Positions 10,712-19,942 of a stretch of DNA of 64,000 nt are shown here, piece after piece (the stretch's first letter is position 1; every line of letters starts with the position of its first letter). The notes beneath the pieces were generated by a model. That model saw only the letters and a list, made by a program, of their open reading frames with translations, searched no databases and was not told where the DNA came from. A program made the translations under genes and the position numbers. Origin of the DNA: Patescibacteria group bacterium (GTDB lineage Bacteria; Patescibacteriota; Patescibacteriia; Magasanikbacterales; GWA2-37-8); NCBI GenBank assembly GCA_028705565.1, contig JAQWDH010000002.1, positions 40,262 through 104,261 of the forward strand. Reading direction: 5' to 3'.

Positions 10712-10740
10712 AGTATACTTGAAAACGAAAATTATGTCAA
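10712..10740 (-). promoter_or_regulatory. str operon promoter
   Basis: TTGACA-17 bp-TATACT. Confidence 0.75.
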
Positions 10741-10786
10741 GAGCCGAAAAGAACCCGAGAAAACCGAATTATTTTTCGGTAATTTT

Positions 10787-11158
10787 TTAGATTATTTCAA
10801 CGCGGTCGCACCCTAATTGCTTGAGTTTATCTTGTATTTTTGATATTACATTTTGTTTTTGCCGCGATATTTTTTCAATCTTTAAAATTCTTTCCGAGTC
10901 ATCATCCTCTTGCGCTGTTTGTTTGGCTTCTTCTACCATTCTATCAAATTCACTTCCGTCAATTTTAAATATCCCATTCTCTAAAACGACCATGCTGCTT
11001 GGCCAAATAGCTTCGCCATGTGGATCGGCTTCTTCGTTAATGAATTTATTTAGCAACTGATTAATTTCCGGATCGTAGTCAAGTTGATTATATATTGATT
11101 CAAGATTAATCTTATTCCTCTCTTGCGGAGAAATTGTGTCTTTAAATTTTTCTGCCAT
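10787..11158 (-). CDS. Hypothetical protein
   Basis: 123-aa ORF with ATG in an AT-rich context; no recognisable motif. Confidence 0.7.
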   Translation of the reverse strand: MAEKFKDTISPQERNKINLESIYNQLDYDPEINQLLNKFINEEADPHGEAIWPSSMVVLENGIFKIDGSEFDRMVEEAKQTAQEDDDSERILKIEKISRQKQNVISKIQDKLKQLGCDRVEII

Positions 11159-11242
11159 AATATTTTGGTTAAATTTAAAACAATTAAATTATACCGCAAG
11201 TTGCGCCGACCGTAAAGTATTATAAAAATTTTCGGATATAAC

Positions 11243-11320
11243 GCATAACGTACGCATAAATGAGGTGCCGCCTTAACAATATGGGTGGAGCGAAGCGAAA
11301 CCGAATACACGCTGTTAGGC
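11243..11320 (-). mobile_element. attC-like recombination site 1
   Basis: Minus strand GCCTAAC-A-GCGTGTAT...TTATGCGT-AC-GTTATGC; 78-bp imperfect palindrome downstream of a gene. Confidence 0.7.
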
Positions 11321-11410
11321 GATGCAAAATTTTACGCTTTTTGTTTTTTTCGCTCGCCATTAAATCTTGAGTGGCAGGGGGGGGGCGTCGATCACTATGG
11401 CGAAGGGGAT
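11321..11410. repeat. Cassette trailer repeat, copy 1 (similar to 14621-14705)
   Basis: Shared aaaattttac..ttttgttttttcg..gggggggcgtc(g/a)atcactatggcgaa(g/a)ggg. Confidence 0.8.
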
Positions 11411-13401
11411 GGCCCCTCGTTGTAACTTGCCGTGTTTATCCAGGTATGCTCATTTTTATTCCACAAAATTTTATTATTAATTTGCGCGCTACTTACGGTT
11501 ATTTCAGAAGTATTTTTTAAATATTCATCTCTTATTTCACAAATTATTTTTTTTGTTCCGCTTAATATTAAATCAGAATTACCATCTTTATTTGTATCTT
11601 TATATTCACTCGCCAATTTATCATTGGAAAAAATTTCTCCGCAATTACCGTATCCGTATTTTTTAAAATTGTCAGGCGACCATTTGATATCAGGGTTGAT
11701 GTCAACTGCATGGGTTTCAAACAATAAATTTAGCTTATCATTTTTAATTTCATAAATATATAAAGAACCATGACCAACATGCGTTAATCCATAAATCTCC
11801 ACTAATGGATTACCAAAACCTTCTAAACTAATAAATCTTGCCGATAAAATAGCCTGCTCACCAGGTAATTTATCTATTGGCAGCCAATTTATATTTTTAT
11901 TCTTGACATTACCAACTTTTATTTCTTCCCACCAGTCTCTCTCCCATTCTATTTGCGCCAAAAAATATTTTTTATTTTGGCTATATGTTAATTCAATGTC
12001 TTCCAGTTGTTCACTTTGCCCTTTCACAATTTGATCTTTTATTTTATTCTCCAATGAATAGACAATACTGCCATTCAAAAATAACGGCAATATCATGATT
12101 AATAAAATTGACCAAAGGCGAATTATTCCTAGCTTTTTGTCTTTTTTTACACCTTTCTTATATATATTCCAAACATTATCTACGTATTCTTGTTTACCAG
12201 GGCCGTATTTTAAGACAGCTTCTTGCCATGATTTCCAATATCTTTTATTATCAGGGGTTATACCTTGAGCTTTGTGATAAAGCCATCTTACACCCCAATT
12301 AATACTGTCCTTGACTGTTTCCACCTTAGCATCATATTTTAAAAGTATTGTTTTACCATTATGAATCCAATATTCCGGAAGCTCTCCTCTTAGGGTTAAT
12401 ATTGACGGATCACCTCCATTTCCAACTTGCATGACATTTGATCCAGCCATTTTATCAAACCCCACTCTGCTTTCTTGGTACATTATCGCCTTCACTAAAT
12501 TAGGATCTAAAAATTCGCTGGGTGGATCAGTATCTTTCAAAAATTCATTATTCCAGTAAGTGACCGCTTCTGCTATTATCGCGTCATATCGGTTATAATC
12601 TTCCTTGCACCCAACACCCCCGCATGTATAAAGTCTAGTAATTGCTTCATTATTTTCGCCATTACTATTATTAGTAGCCAAAACCATTATTTCAATCTTT
12701 TTTAAAGTTGGACTTTTGTCCGCCCACAGCTCAATAAAATGTTTTCCTTTCCCCAAATTCAACTCTTTTGTATATTCCCTTTCATTCCCTTTTAACATTT
12801 TTCCACACCAATACCAATCTTTATGCGAATTTTTATTTTCGTTTTCTTCTACTTTGCCGTCAACAACCACTTTAATATCATCGTCATCTCTTTTTAATTT
12901 ATTCGCGCTTGCAACGATATGGAGTTTTTTAATGGCTAAATTTTGTAAAACATAATTTATCCATGGCCTCCTGTCTCCTTTTTCTGGTGGATTATTATTT
13001 AATGGAGAATAAATTATTGTTTGGTTATCCATTTCTTCCAATTCCATTATATTGATGCTTTCTAAACTTGGACTTTGGTCAGGCCGCAATCGAAGAGTGT
13101 GCCCGCCTTTCTTTAAAATGGTGGCAACCAGTACTATTTTTGATAATCCTTTTAACTCATTGCCGTTCCAAATTGCTTTAACATCAATGTCCTTGCTGTT
13201 TGAAGTAAAAATTTCAGTATTGTCTAAATACAAAATTATATCATCATCTTTAAAAAAAGATCTAAAACTTTTAAAGTTTTGCCACCAGCTTTTTGCTTTG
13301 GCTATTACTTCAATCAAATAAACACCCTCATTTGTTTCAAAAAAATAAAAAAAATCTTCTTTTATTTCTTTGTTTATTTTTTGGCTATGAAGTAATTTCA
13401 T
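11395..13401 (-). CDS. Membrane protein with duplicated N-terminal beta domain and lytic transglycosylase (SLT)-like domain
   Basis: Two DDDI..W.G..LKG..KG.H..L..D.SP repeats; LVKAIMYQESR..MQV..SINWGVRWL..AVLKY; hydrophobic helix LWSILLIMILPLFL. Confidence 0.75.
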   Translation of the reverse strand: MKLLHSQKINKEIKEDFFYFFETNEGVYLIEVIAKAKSWWQNFKSFRSFFKDDDIILYLDNTEIFTSNSKDIDVKAIWNGNELKGLSKIVLVATILKKGGHTLRLRPDQSPSLESINIMELEEMDNQTIIYSPLNNNPPEKGDRRPWINYVLQNLAIKKLHIVASANKLKRDDDDIKVVVDGKVEENENKNSHKDWYWCGKMLKGNEREYTKELNLGKGKHFIELWADKSPTLKKIEIMVLATNNSNGENNEAITRLYTCGGVGCKEDYNRYDAIIAEAVTYWNNEFLKDTDPPSEFLDPNLVKAIMYQESRVGFDKMAGSNVMQVGNGGDPSILTLRGELPEYWIHNGKTILLKYDAKVETVKDSINWGVRWLYHKAQGITPDNKRYWKSWQEAVLKYGPGKQEYVDNVWNIYKKGVKKDKKLGIIRLWSILLIMILPLFLNGSIVYSLENKIKDQIVKGQSEQLEDIELTYSQNKKYFLAQIEWERDWWEEIKVGNVKNKNINWLPIDKLPGEQAILSARFISLEGFGNPLVEIYGLTHVGHGSLYIYEIKNDKLNLLFETHAVDINPDIKWSPDNFKKYGYGNCGEIFSNDKLASEYKDTNKDGNSDLILSGTKKIICEIRDEYLKNTSEITVSSAQINNKILWNKNEHTWINTASYNEGPSPSP

Positions 13402-13513
13402 ATTTTATATTAATAAGAAATAATCTAATAGACCTTAGCATGTCTTTAAACTGCTTTTTTTATTTGTCAAAAAATCGTTCTGAAAAAAAACAAAAATATT
13501 TCTTTAAAATTTC

Positions 13514-13787
13514 AACTAACGTTATTCGGGACTGTCGCCGAATATGTTTGTCATTCCCGCCCCGTCATCCGACGGGGTAAACTCCAATTATTGTCATTCC
13601 CGCGAAAGCGGGAATCCATGTAATCGAACGATGGATTCCCGCTTTCGCGGGAATGACATAATAAACGATTTTTGTTATTCGGCGACAGTCCCTATTCATA
13701 TCTGAAGTTTTTACGGAACGTAGCGAGGCAAAAATTTGGGTGGAGGCTCGCCAGAGGCGAACCGTAACCAGGTATGAGTTGTTGGGA
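13514..13787 (-). mobile_element. attC-like site 2, interrupted by a MITE
   Basis: With the insertion removed, minus strand reads TCCCAAC-A-ACTCATACCTG...CAGATATGAAT-AAC-GTTAGTT (104 bp). Confidence 0.65.
13528..13692. mobile_element. 165-bp MITE-like element carrying a REP-like palindrome doublet
   Basis: Perfect 17-bp TIR GGGACTGTCGCCGAATA; flanking direct repeat TATTC at 13523-13527 and 13693-13697; internal GTCATTCCCGCGAAAGCGGGAATCC inverted pair. Confidence 0.85.
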
Positions 13788-13820
13788 GAGGCTTTAGCCC
13801 TTGATTTTGAATTTTAGCCA

Positions 13821-14411
13821 TCAATCCAAATGCTCCTTGCAATTAAAGACACACGTTTTATGATTTTTATCTTCATCAATTTCAAAAATACAGATACTCG
13901 TATTGTGTAAGTTTTCAATTGATTTTATAGCATCAGGCGTTTTATTTGTTATTACAGCTATTAATGCCTTGTTTATGCTATTATGTCCTGCAAATAAAAC
14001 GGTGTCTTTTGAATGTTTTGTTAAAATGTTATACAAGAACTTTTTAGCGCGATTGAATAATTCTTCAAATGTTTCGCCATCTTTGGGAGAAATTCCCGCA
14101 ATACTTAGAGTTTTTGGGAATCCAAGTTCAGTTTTACTTTTGCCTTGCCATTCTCCTAAATATTTTTCTCTCAATTCTTTAACAAACTCAATCGGAACAG
14201 TTAAATGAAATTTTGCAATTTCTTTCGCGGTATCTGAAGTTCTTGCCAAATCACTTGAATATATAAAATCAATTTTTTCATCTTTTAATCTTAACGCGAC
14301 TTTCTTTGCTTGAACAATGCCTATATTTGAAAGTTTGCCAGGCAAGTGCCCTTGAATAATTCCAGCGGCATTTTCTTCTGTTTCGCCATGTCTTGTGATA
14401 ATGAGTTTCAT
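13821..14411 (-). CDS. Histidine phosphatase (phosphoglycerate mutase family); start set to MKLIITRHG
   Basis: RHGET, SSDL.R..DTA, LRE..LG.WQG, GET, GH motif. Confidence 0.92.
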   Translation of the reverse strand: MKLIITRHGETEENAAGIIQGHLPGKLSNIGIVQAKKVALRLKDEKIDFIYSSDLARTSDTAKEIAKFHLTVPIEFVKELREKYLGEWQGKSKTELGFPKTLSIAGISPKDGETFEELFNRAKKFLYNILTKHSKDTVLFAGHNSINKALIAVITNKTPDAIKSIENLHNTSICIFEIDEDKNHKTCVFNCKEHLD

Positions 14412-14485
14412 ACAGGGAAGATAAAAATCATAAAATGTATGTCTTTTGTAATCGCATTTGGATTGATGGCCAAAATTCAAATTTC

Positions 14486-14620
14486 GCCTAACGTTCGCCG
14501 ATATGCGCTGTTTCGCACATTCCATTAAAATTAAATTTGTGCGAAATATGGGTGAGAGAAAAAGTGTATCCGCTGAAAATTATTTACACTTTTTCTTGAA
14601 CCGCATATCGGCTGTTAGGC
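14486..14620 (-). mobile_element. attC-like site 3
   Basis: Minus strand GCCTAAC-A-GCCGATATGCG...CGCATATCGGC-GAAC-GTTAGGC; perfect R boxes and 11-bp arm; 135 bp. Confidence 0.8.
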
Positions 14621-14705
14621 GTTGTAAAATTTTTACACTTTTTGTTTTTTCGTTCACTCACGGGGGGGGTAGGGGGGGGGCGTCAATCACTATGGCGAAA
14701 GGGGG
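14621..14705. repeat. Cassette trailer repeat, copy 2
   Basis: Aligns by eye to 11321-11410. Confidence 0.8.
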
Positions 14706-14765
14706 TAGAGGCCTGCCGGTAGGCAGGGGTAAGGGTGAATGCCCCCTGTAGTAGCCATCATTTTA

Positions 14766-15821
14766 TCAGTTGGCAATGTAGGCGGTGGTTTTTCCTTTTC
14801 CTGTTGCTTTAATCATTTTAATTTTCTTTAATTTTTGTAATTGTAATTGTGCGGATCGGCGCGGGCAAGATAAAATGTCCTCGACATCTTTAACGGCGAT
14901 GCGACCGACCTGATCTAAAAAGTCAATAATTTTTAGTTGTTCGGGAGTAAGGTAAATTTGTGATTTGATTTTTCCATCAACATTACGGGTGGATAATGGC
15001 AGGACTTTGTTTTTTACCTCATCAATTTCTTTTTTGAACCCTTTTACAAAATATTCCAACCACGATGTAATGTCTGTGCGTCGTTCATCATAAGTTTTGC
15101 CTAAGTTTATGGCGTTATAATATGACTGGCGGTCAGTGTTATAATAATCCTCTAAAGCAAACAAACGCCGAAAATCATATCCGCGCTGATAAAGTATTAA
15201 GGTGGCTAAAGCGCGAGCCGTACGGCCGTTGCCGTCGTTAAATGGGTGAATGGCGGCAATTTCCATGTGAGCAATAGCAGCTACAAGCACGGGGCTTATT
15301 TCTTGCATTTCGCTTTCTGTAAGCCATGCCACAAACTCAGACATTAGTTGGGGTACCTTTTTGGCCTCTGGCCCGGTATACAAGGTTTCTTGGGGTATAC
15401 CCAAACGACGGCGGACAACAAAAATTGGTCCGGGTCGGTAATGGCCACAGAATTGAGGTGCTAAAGTTTTATTGGCGACTAATTTATGTATTTTTAAAAT
15501 TATTTTTTCAGTTATTGGTTTATGTTCAGTTACAACTTTTTCAATAAAATTAAGAGCATTGAGATAATTTTTTACTTCGTAAATATCCCGGTCGGGCGCG
15601 TCTATTTTTTTCTTGGCATAAAGCGCCTCTACTTGCCCCATGTTTAATTTATTGCCCTCAATCTCGGTGGAGTGGTGGGTCATGCGGATAATCGCTTGTC
15701 GGCGCAATTTTATCTCTTGTTGTGGTAAAATTTTAGCACGATCAATAATGCCTTTTGCCTCGGCGATAGCAGTAAGGTCGCGTAAAATTTTATTGGTGTG
15801 TTTGTATTTGGGGGCAAACAT
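14766..15821 (-). CDS. Fic-domain protein (class II, N-terminal inhibitory helix) with C-terminal winged HTH
   Basis: HPFNDGNGRTAR catalytic motif; STEIEGN inhibitory motif. Confidence 0.93.
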   Translation of the reverse strand: MFAPKYKHTNKILRDLTAIAEAKGIIDRAKILPQQEIKLRRQAIIRMTHHSTEIEGNKLNMGQVEALYAKKKIDAPDRDIYEVKNYLNALNFIEKVVTEHKPITEKIILKIHKLVANKTLAPQFCGHYRPGPIFVVRRRLGIPQETLYTGPEAKKVPQLMSEFVAWLTESEMQEISPVLVAAIAHMEIAAIHPFNDGNGRTARALATLILYQRGYDFRRLFALEDYYNTDRQSYYNAINLGKTYDERRTDITSWLEYFVKGFKKEIDEVKNKVLPLSTRNVDGKIKSQIYLTPEQLKIIDFLDQVGRIAVKDVEDILSCPRRSAQLQLQKLKKIKMIKATGKGKTTAYIAN

Positions 15822-15872
15822 ATTATAAAATAATGGTGTTTAAGTTACACTGGCATTATACCACAAAACAGC

Positions 15873-15905
15873 GATTCGCGCAAGATTCGCGCAAGATTCG
15901 CGCAA
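15873..15905. repeat. Three tandem copies of GATTCGCGCAA upstream of the Fic gene
   Basis: Exact 11-bp unit x3. Confidence 0.9.
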
Positions 15906-15940
15906 AGAAAATTGCTTTTTTGGTAGAGCGGATAGATGGT

Positions 15941-16067
15941 GGCAAACGTCCGTGTTTCTAATATCACATTTCATACTTAATCATTACTGTGTCGCTAACT
16001 TACTAAATAAATTTGATAGCCACAAGAAAAATCGCTTAATTAATGATATTTTCTGTGGTTGTTGTTC
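15941..16067 (-). mobile_element. Degenerate attC-like site 4
   Basis: Minus strand GAACAAC-AACCACAGAAAATATCA...TGATATTAGAAACACGG-AC-GTTTGCC; lies between two cassette-like genes. Confidence 0.4.
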
Positions 16068-16103
16068 CGGTGTGGATGAGACATTTTGAGTTGATGAAGT
16101 GTT

Positions 16104-16511
16104 TTATTTAATAACAACGGATTCTTGCTGCGGAGACACCTGCGGTTGGTCAGTAGTTTTTTGCGTATTTTGGTTTGGTGTGGGTGTAACAAGATTACTG
16201 TTTTCGTCAACATTTGGAATAAACAATTTTAGAGAGCCGAGTTTTTTTAAATCTATGTCTTCCAAAACTGAAACGCGAGAGTAATTGTTATTAGTGTTGC
16301 CAGAAGCAACAGCTGAATTATTAAGCCACGCTCTGATTGTATTTATAGATAAGATGTAGCCCATTGCGTTGAGTTCGCCTTTGACTACAGCAGACGGTAT
16401 GCCAATGTATGTGCCATTTTTTAGATAAACGCCACCACCGGAATTACCATATTCAAGTATGGCGGTAGTTTTTAGGTAGCCACCATCATTTGTGTAACCA
16501 GATATTTGGTG
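16104..16511 (-). pseudogene. 5'-truncated trypsin-like serine protease fragment
   Basis: Frame extends upstream of the listed ORF as ISGYTNDGGYLKTTAILEYGNSGGGVY; GNSGG serine motif present, His/Asp half and start codon absent. Confidence 0.8.
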
Positions 16512-16559
16512 TTAGACGATGTGCCGAACTCTTTATTTTCTTTCGGCATTTCATCTAAC
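16511..16559 (-). mobile_element. Gene-less GTTAGAT...GTCTAAC mini-cassette or array boundary site
   Basis: 49-bp inverted repeat bounded by core and inverse-core heptamers. Confidence 0.45.
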
Positions 16560-16673
16560 TATTAATAAACGAACTCTTGGCGATATTGGCGGAGAGATGC
16601 TAAAATTTTATCATTAACTTTAATTCAGAACGGACAATGGGCTACGGACGATAGACAATGGACAAATGTCCGT

Positions 16674-16940
16674 CTATTGTTTCGTTTTGTTTTTCATTTG
16701 CGATTCAATATCCGACAAACTTTTTTCTAGATTTTCTTTTTCTTTTTGTTTTTGAATATACATTTCTTTTATACTTTCTCCTGTGCCAATCACCCTCTGC
16801 CTTCCGCCTAAAAATTCATCTATTTTGCCGATTTTTTTCTTAACTTCTTCACTTTTATTTTTAAGAGCGATAAACTCTTTCAGCTCTTCATTCTCCGGCG
16901 CGTTCAAATCCATTATTATTGTTTTGTTTGCGTTTTCCAT
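16674..16940 (-). CDS. Small coiled-coil hypothetical protein
   Basis: 88-aa K/E-rich ORF downstream of uvrD. Confidence 0.6.
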   Translation of the reverse strand: MENANKTIIMDLNAPENEELKEFIALKNKSEEVKKKIGKIDEFLGGRQRVIGTGESIKEMYIQKQKEKENLEKSLSDIESQMKNKTKQ

Positions 16941-16997
16941 ATTTTTTATTTTTAAATAAGTTACTATTTTTTATATAATACAACCTATTTTTTAAAA

Positions 16998-19145
16998 TTA
17001 CAAATCGTCTAAATCGCGCAAAAAATTTCCCTTTTTTATTTTAGGCGCGTCTTCAGACACATAATGCATGTCTTCTTCGTCGTCATTTAGCGCGAGCGAG
17101 GAATGCGGAGATAAAAAAGAAGAGTCGCGCAGAAATTCCGGACTTATTTCTTCCAAAAACAAACTCGGTCCGCTCGCCCCTCCCCACCCGCCGCCGCAAA
17201 GCGGATATGTGAGGCAAAGATGTTTTTTTGCGCGCGTGACAGCGACATAAAAAAGCCGACGTTCTTCTTCCAAACCGTTTTCTTCACGCAACGCCATATC
17301 GCTCGGAAACGCCCCGCGCGATAAATTGATTATGAATACCGCCGTCCATTCCAGCCCTTTCGCTTGGTGAATGGTGGAAAGAATAATTTTACCGCCACTT
17401 CCGCTTTTTGCTCCAACCAATTCAGACTCCAATGCCCCTTTTGTTTGTTCTTTATATTGGGACTGCCTGTTTCCCAAATTAAACGATTCAAACAAGCTCG
17501 CTTCGGACAAAAACAAATTCAAATCATCGTATTTTTTCGCGAACTCGGCAAGTTGGATAATATCGTCCAATCTTTCTTTGCCATCAGTGAATTCCGATAA
17601 AACATACTCTTTGTATCGCGAATCCAAAAGCGCGAAAACGAGTTCTGACGGATTTTTAATTTCAACGGCTGAAAGCAAATCCAGAATCGCGGTAAAACTC
17701 ACCCAACCCTCCTTGGCTTTTTCGCCCAAAATTTCAAATCCGATATTTTTTATTTCTTCAAGAGCGTTTTCTCCCTCCGTAATTTCAACTGCGGAATCGC
17801 TGTCTTCTTTTTTATTCGCTCCGACGCGCGCCGACACGATTTTAATTGCTTCAATTATTTTTTCCGCCGTAACCGGACCGATGCCTTCTTGTTTCAACAG
17901 CACTCTCAACCACGCGGCTGCGTCCGCGATATTATTCATCACTCTTAAAAAAGCCAAAGCATCTTTAATGTGCGCCCGCTCAAAAAAACGCATACCTCCG
18001 CGATAATCATACGGAACGCCGGATTTCATAAGTTCCATTTCCAACGGCTGTGAATGGTGGGAAGCGCGAAAAAGCACCGCGATTTCCTCTGGTAAAGTTC
18101 CCGCCCCCAAAAGCTCCCTGATTTTTTTGGCGACAAAAACAGCTTCGTTTTCTTGGTCATAATGCGGTTTTAATTCGGGTTTGATTCCTGTCGGCGACGA
18201 CGCGCTTTTCAATTCTTTTTTAAATTGCCTGCGATTATTATTTATAGATTCGTTCGCCAAATCCAAAATCTCAGGCGCGGAGCGGTAATTCGTCGTTAAT
18301 TTGAAAATTTTAGCGCCAGGATAAATTTTTTCAAATCTTAAAATATTCTGGATGTCTGCCGCGCGAAAAGAATAAATGCTCTGAGCGTCATCGCCGACCA
18401 CAAAAATATTATTGTGTTTTGAAGCCAGCAACCGAACAATCTCGGCTTGAATTTTATTCGTGTCTTGAAATTCATCAACTAAAATATACTGGAATTGGTC
18501 CGCGAATTTTTCCAAAACACCGCGCTCTTTTTCAAATAAAATTTTCAAATTTATCAACAAATCGTCAAAATCCATCGCCTGCGCTTCTTTTTTCTTCATT
18601 TTATAATCAGACGCGACTGTTTTTATCGTTTCCGCCAAATGCGACCATTGCGGATATTTAAAATCCAGCGCGTCTTCAATTGTCGTGTCCGAGTTTCTCG
18701 CATAACTTATCGCCGATAACAAAACCGAAGCCGAAGGAAATTTTGTTCCTGAATCCGGTCTTGTATTTTTGACGCTCAATTTTATCAAACTCTCGCTGTC
18801 GCCGCTGTCTAAAATGGAAAAATTATTTTTATATCCGAGTTTTGGAGCGTAAATTTTTAAAATTCTGTAAGCGATATGGTGAAATGTTCCAGCCCAGGGC
18901 AATTTTTCTTCCATGCCAGTTATTCTTTTAACGCGCCCAATCATCTCTTCCGCCGCTTTGTTTGTAAAAGTAACCAATAAAATATTTTCCGGCTTGATTC
19001 CTTTTTCCAAAAGATAAGCCACGCGAAAAGTGATAACTCGCGTTTTACCGGTGCCAGCGCCCGCCAAAACTAAACACGGTCCGTCTCCGAGACGAACCGC
19101 TTCAAATTGTTCTTTGTTTAATTCTTTTTCAAAATCAATCGCCAT
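16998..19145 (-). CDS. uvrD: UvrD/PcrA-family SF1 DNA helicase
   Basis: AGAGTGKT, TFTNKAA, VDEFQDTN, VGDDAQSIYSFR, NYRS, STIHQAKGLEW, EERRLFYVAVTRAK. Confidence 0.95.
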   Translation of the reverse strand: MAIDFEKELNKEQFEAVRLGDGPCLVLAGAGTGKTRVITFRVAYLLEKGIKPENILLVTFTNKAAEEMIGRVKRITGMEEKLPWAGTFHHIAYRILKIYAPKLGYKNNFSILDSGDSESLIKLSVKNTRPDSGTKFPSASVLLSAISYARNSDTTIEDALDFKYPQWSHLAETIKTVASDYKMKKKEAQAMDFDDLLINLKILFEKERGVLEKFADQFQYILVDEFQDTNKIQAEIVRLLASKHNNIFVVGDDAQSIYSFRAADIQNILRFEKIYPGAKIFKLTTNYRSAPEILDLANESINNNRRQFKKELKSASSPTGIKPELKPHYDQENEAVFVAKKIRELLGAGTLPEEIAVLFRASHHSQPLEMELMKSGVPYDYRGGMRFFERAHIKDALAFLRVMNNIADAAAWLRVLLKQEGIGPVTAEKIIEAIKIVSARVGANKKEDSDSAVEITEGENALEEIKNIGFEILGEKAKEGWVSFTAILDLLSAVEIKNPSELVFALLDSRYKEYVLSEFTDGKERLDDIIQLAEFAKKYDDLNLFLSEASLFESFNLGNRQSQYKEQTKGALESELVGAKSGSGGKIILSTIHQAKGLEWTAVFIINLSRGAFPSDMALREENGLEEERRLFYVAVTRAKKHLCLTYPLCGGGWGGASGPSLFLEEISPEFLRDSSFLSPHSSLALNDDEEDMHYVSEDAPKIKKGNFLRDLDDL

Positions 19146-19160
19146 AACCTATTCCGCGCG

Positions 19161-19802
19161 CTAAACTTTATGTTGCCCTTTTTCTAAAAATTTATTAAGT
19201 TTTTTACAAACATCATCAATCGTTCCTTCAAAATCGGCTTCTTTTCCTATTGGTTGATTATTTTTGTCATTAATAGGAAAAAGAACAAAACTATAACTTT
19301 CTTTTTGTTTTTTTCCATTCTTATACACCGCTCCTCCAGCTATTTTTTTCAATTCAAATTTGCGTGAACATCCATATTTATTCAATAATGTCTGCACCCT
19401 GTCTTTCGCCGTGCCTTCTATTTTTTCTTGAAATCCTCTTTCTTTGACTTTTTTTTCTTTTTTATTTATTTCTTCTTTTTTTTGAATTTGTTCAATAATA
19501 TGAGCCGTGAGCGCCGATGGCTGATGGTTTTTTTCTAAAAAATTCAACATCTGTTCTTTTTCTTTTTTCCCTTTTTCGGTCAAATTACCATCCTTGTCTA
19601 TCAAACCGTTTTTTAAAGCGTCAAGCAAATCCGCGTTATATTCATCAGCTATGCCCCATAAAGTTTTCAGGTCTTTCACAATTTTAAAACCGGAAGGCCT
19701 TCCGTCTTCATCATATAATTCAATATATTCTTTTTGTTCTTCTTTTTTATTTTCCTCCTCTTTTTTATTTAAAAAATTTTCTCCTTTAAAATTTTCGGGC
19801 AT
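19161..19802 (-). CDS. Hypothetical K/E-rich protein
   Basis: 213-aa ORF; no recognisable motif. Confidence 0.7.
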   Translation of the reverse strand: MPENFKGENFLNKKEEENKKEEQKEYIELYDEDGRPSGFKIVKDLKTLWGIADEYNADLLDALKNGLIDKDGNLTEKGKKEKEQMLNFLEKNHQPSALTAHIIEQIQKKEEINKKEKKVKERGFQEKIEGTAKDRVQTLLNKYGCSRKFELKKIAGGAVYKNGKKQKESYSFVLFPINDKNNQPIGKEADFEGTIDDVCKKLNKFLEKGQHKV

Positions 19803-19942
19803 AAAATTAAAATTAAACAGACTATAGACTAAGGACTATTGACCATTGTCGCGGACTGTGAATCAATTGTCCAATAAATACACAATACCACAATCTTGCT
19901 TTTTGAGTCAAAAAATGATATATATACGAGATGCGAAATTAT

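Noticed and set aside
13821-14525. 234-aa version of the histidine phosphatase
   Set aside because: The upstream start lies inside attC-like site 3; the RHG motif indicates a start at 14411
14503-14751. 82-aa plus-strand ORF
   Set aside because: It is a translation of the attC-like site and trailer repeat
11243-16559. CRISPR array interpretation of the repeats
   Set aside because: The repeats are imperfect and separated by whole genes; no regular spacers and no cas genes
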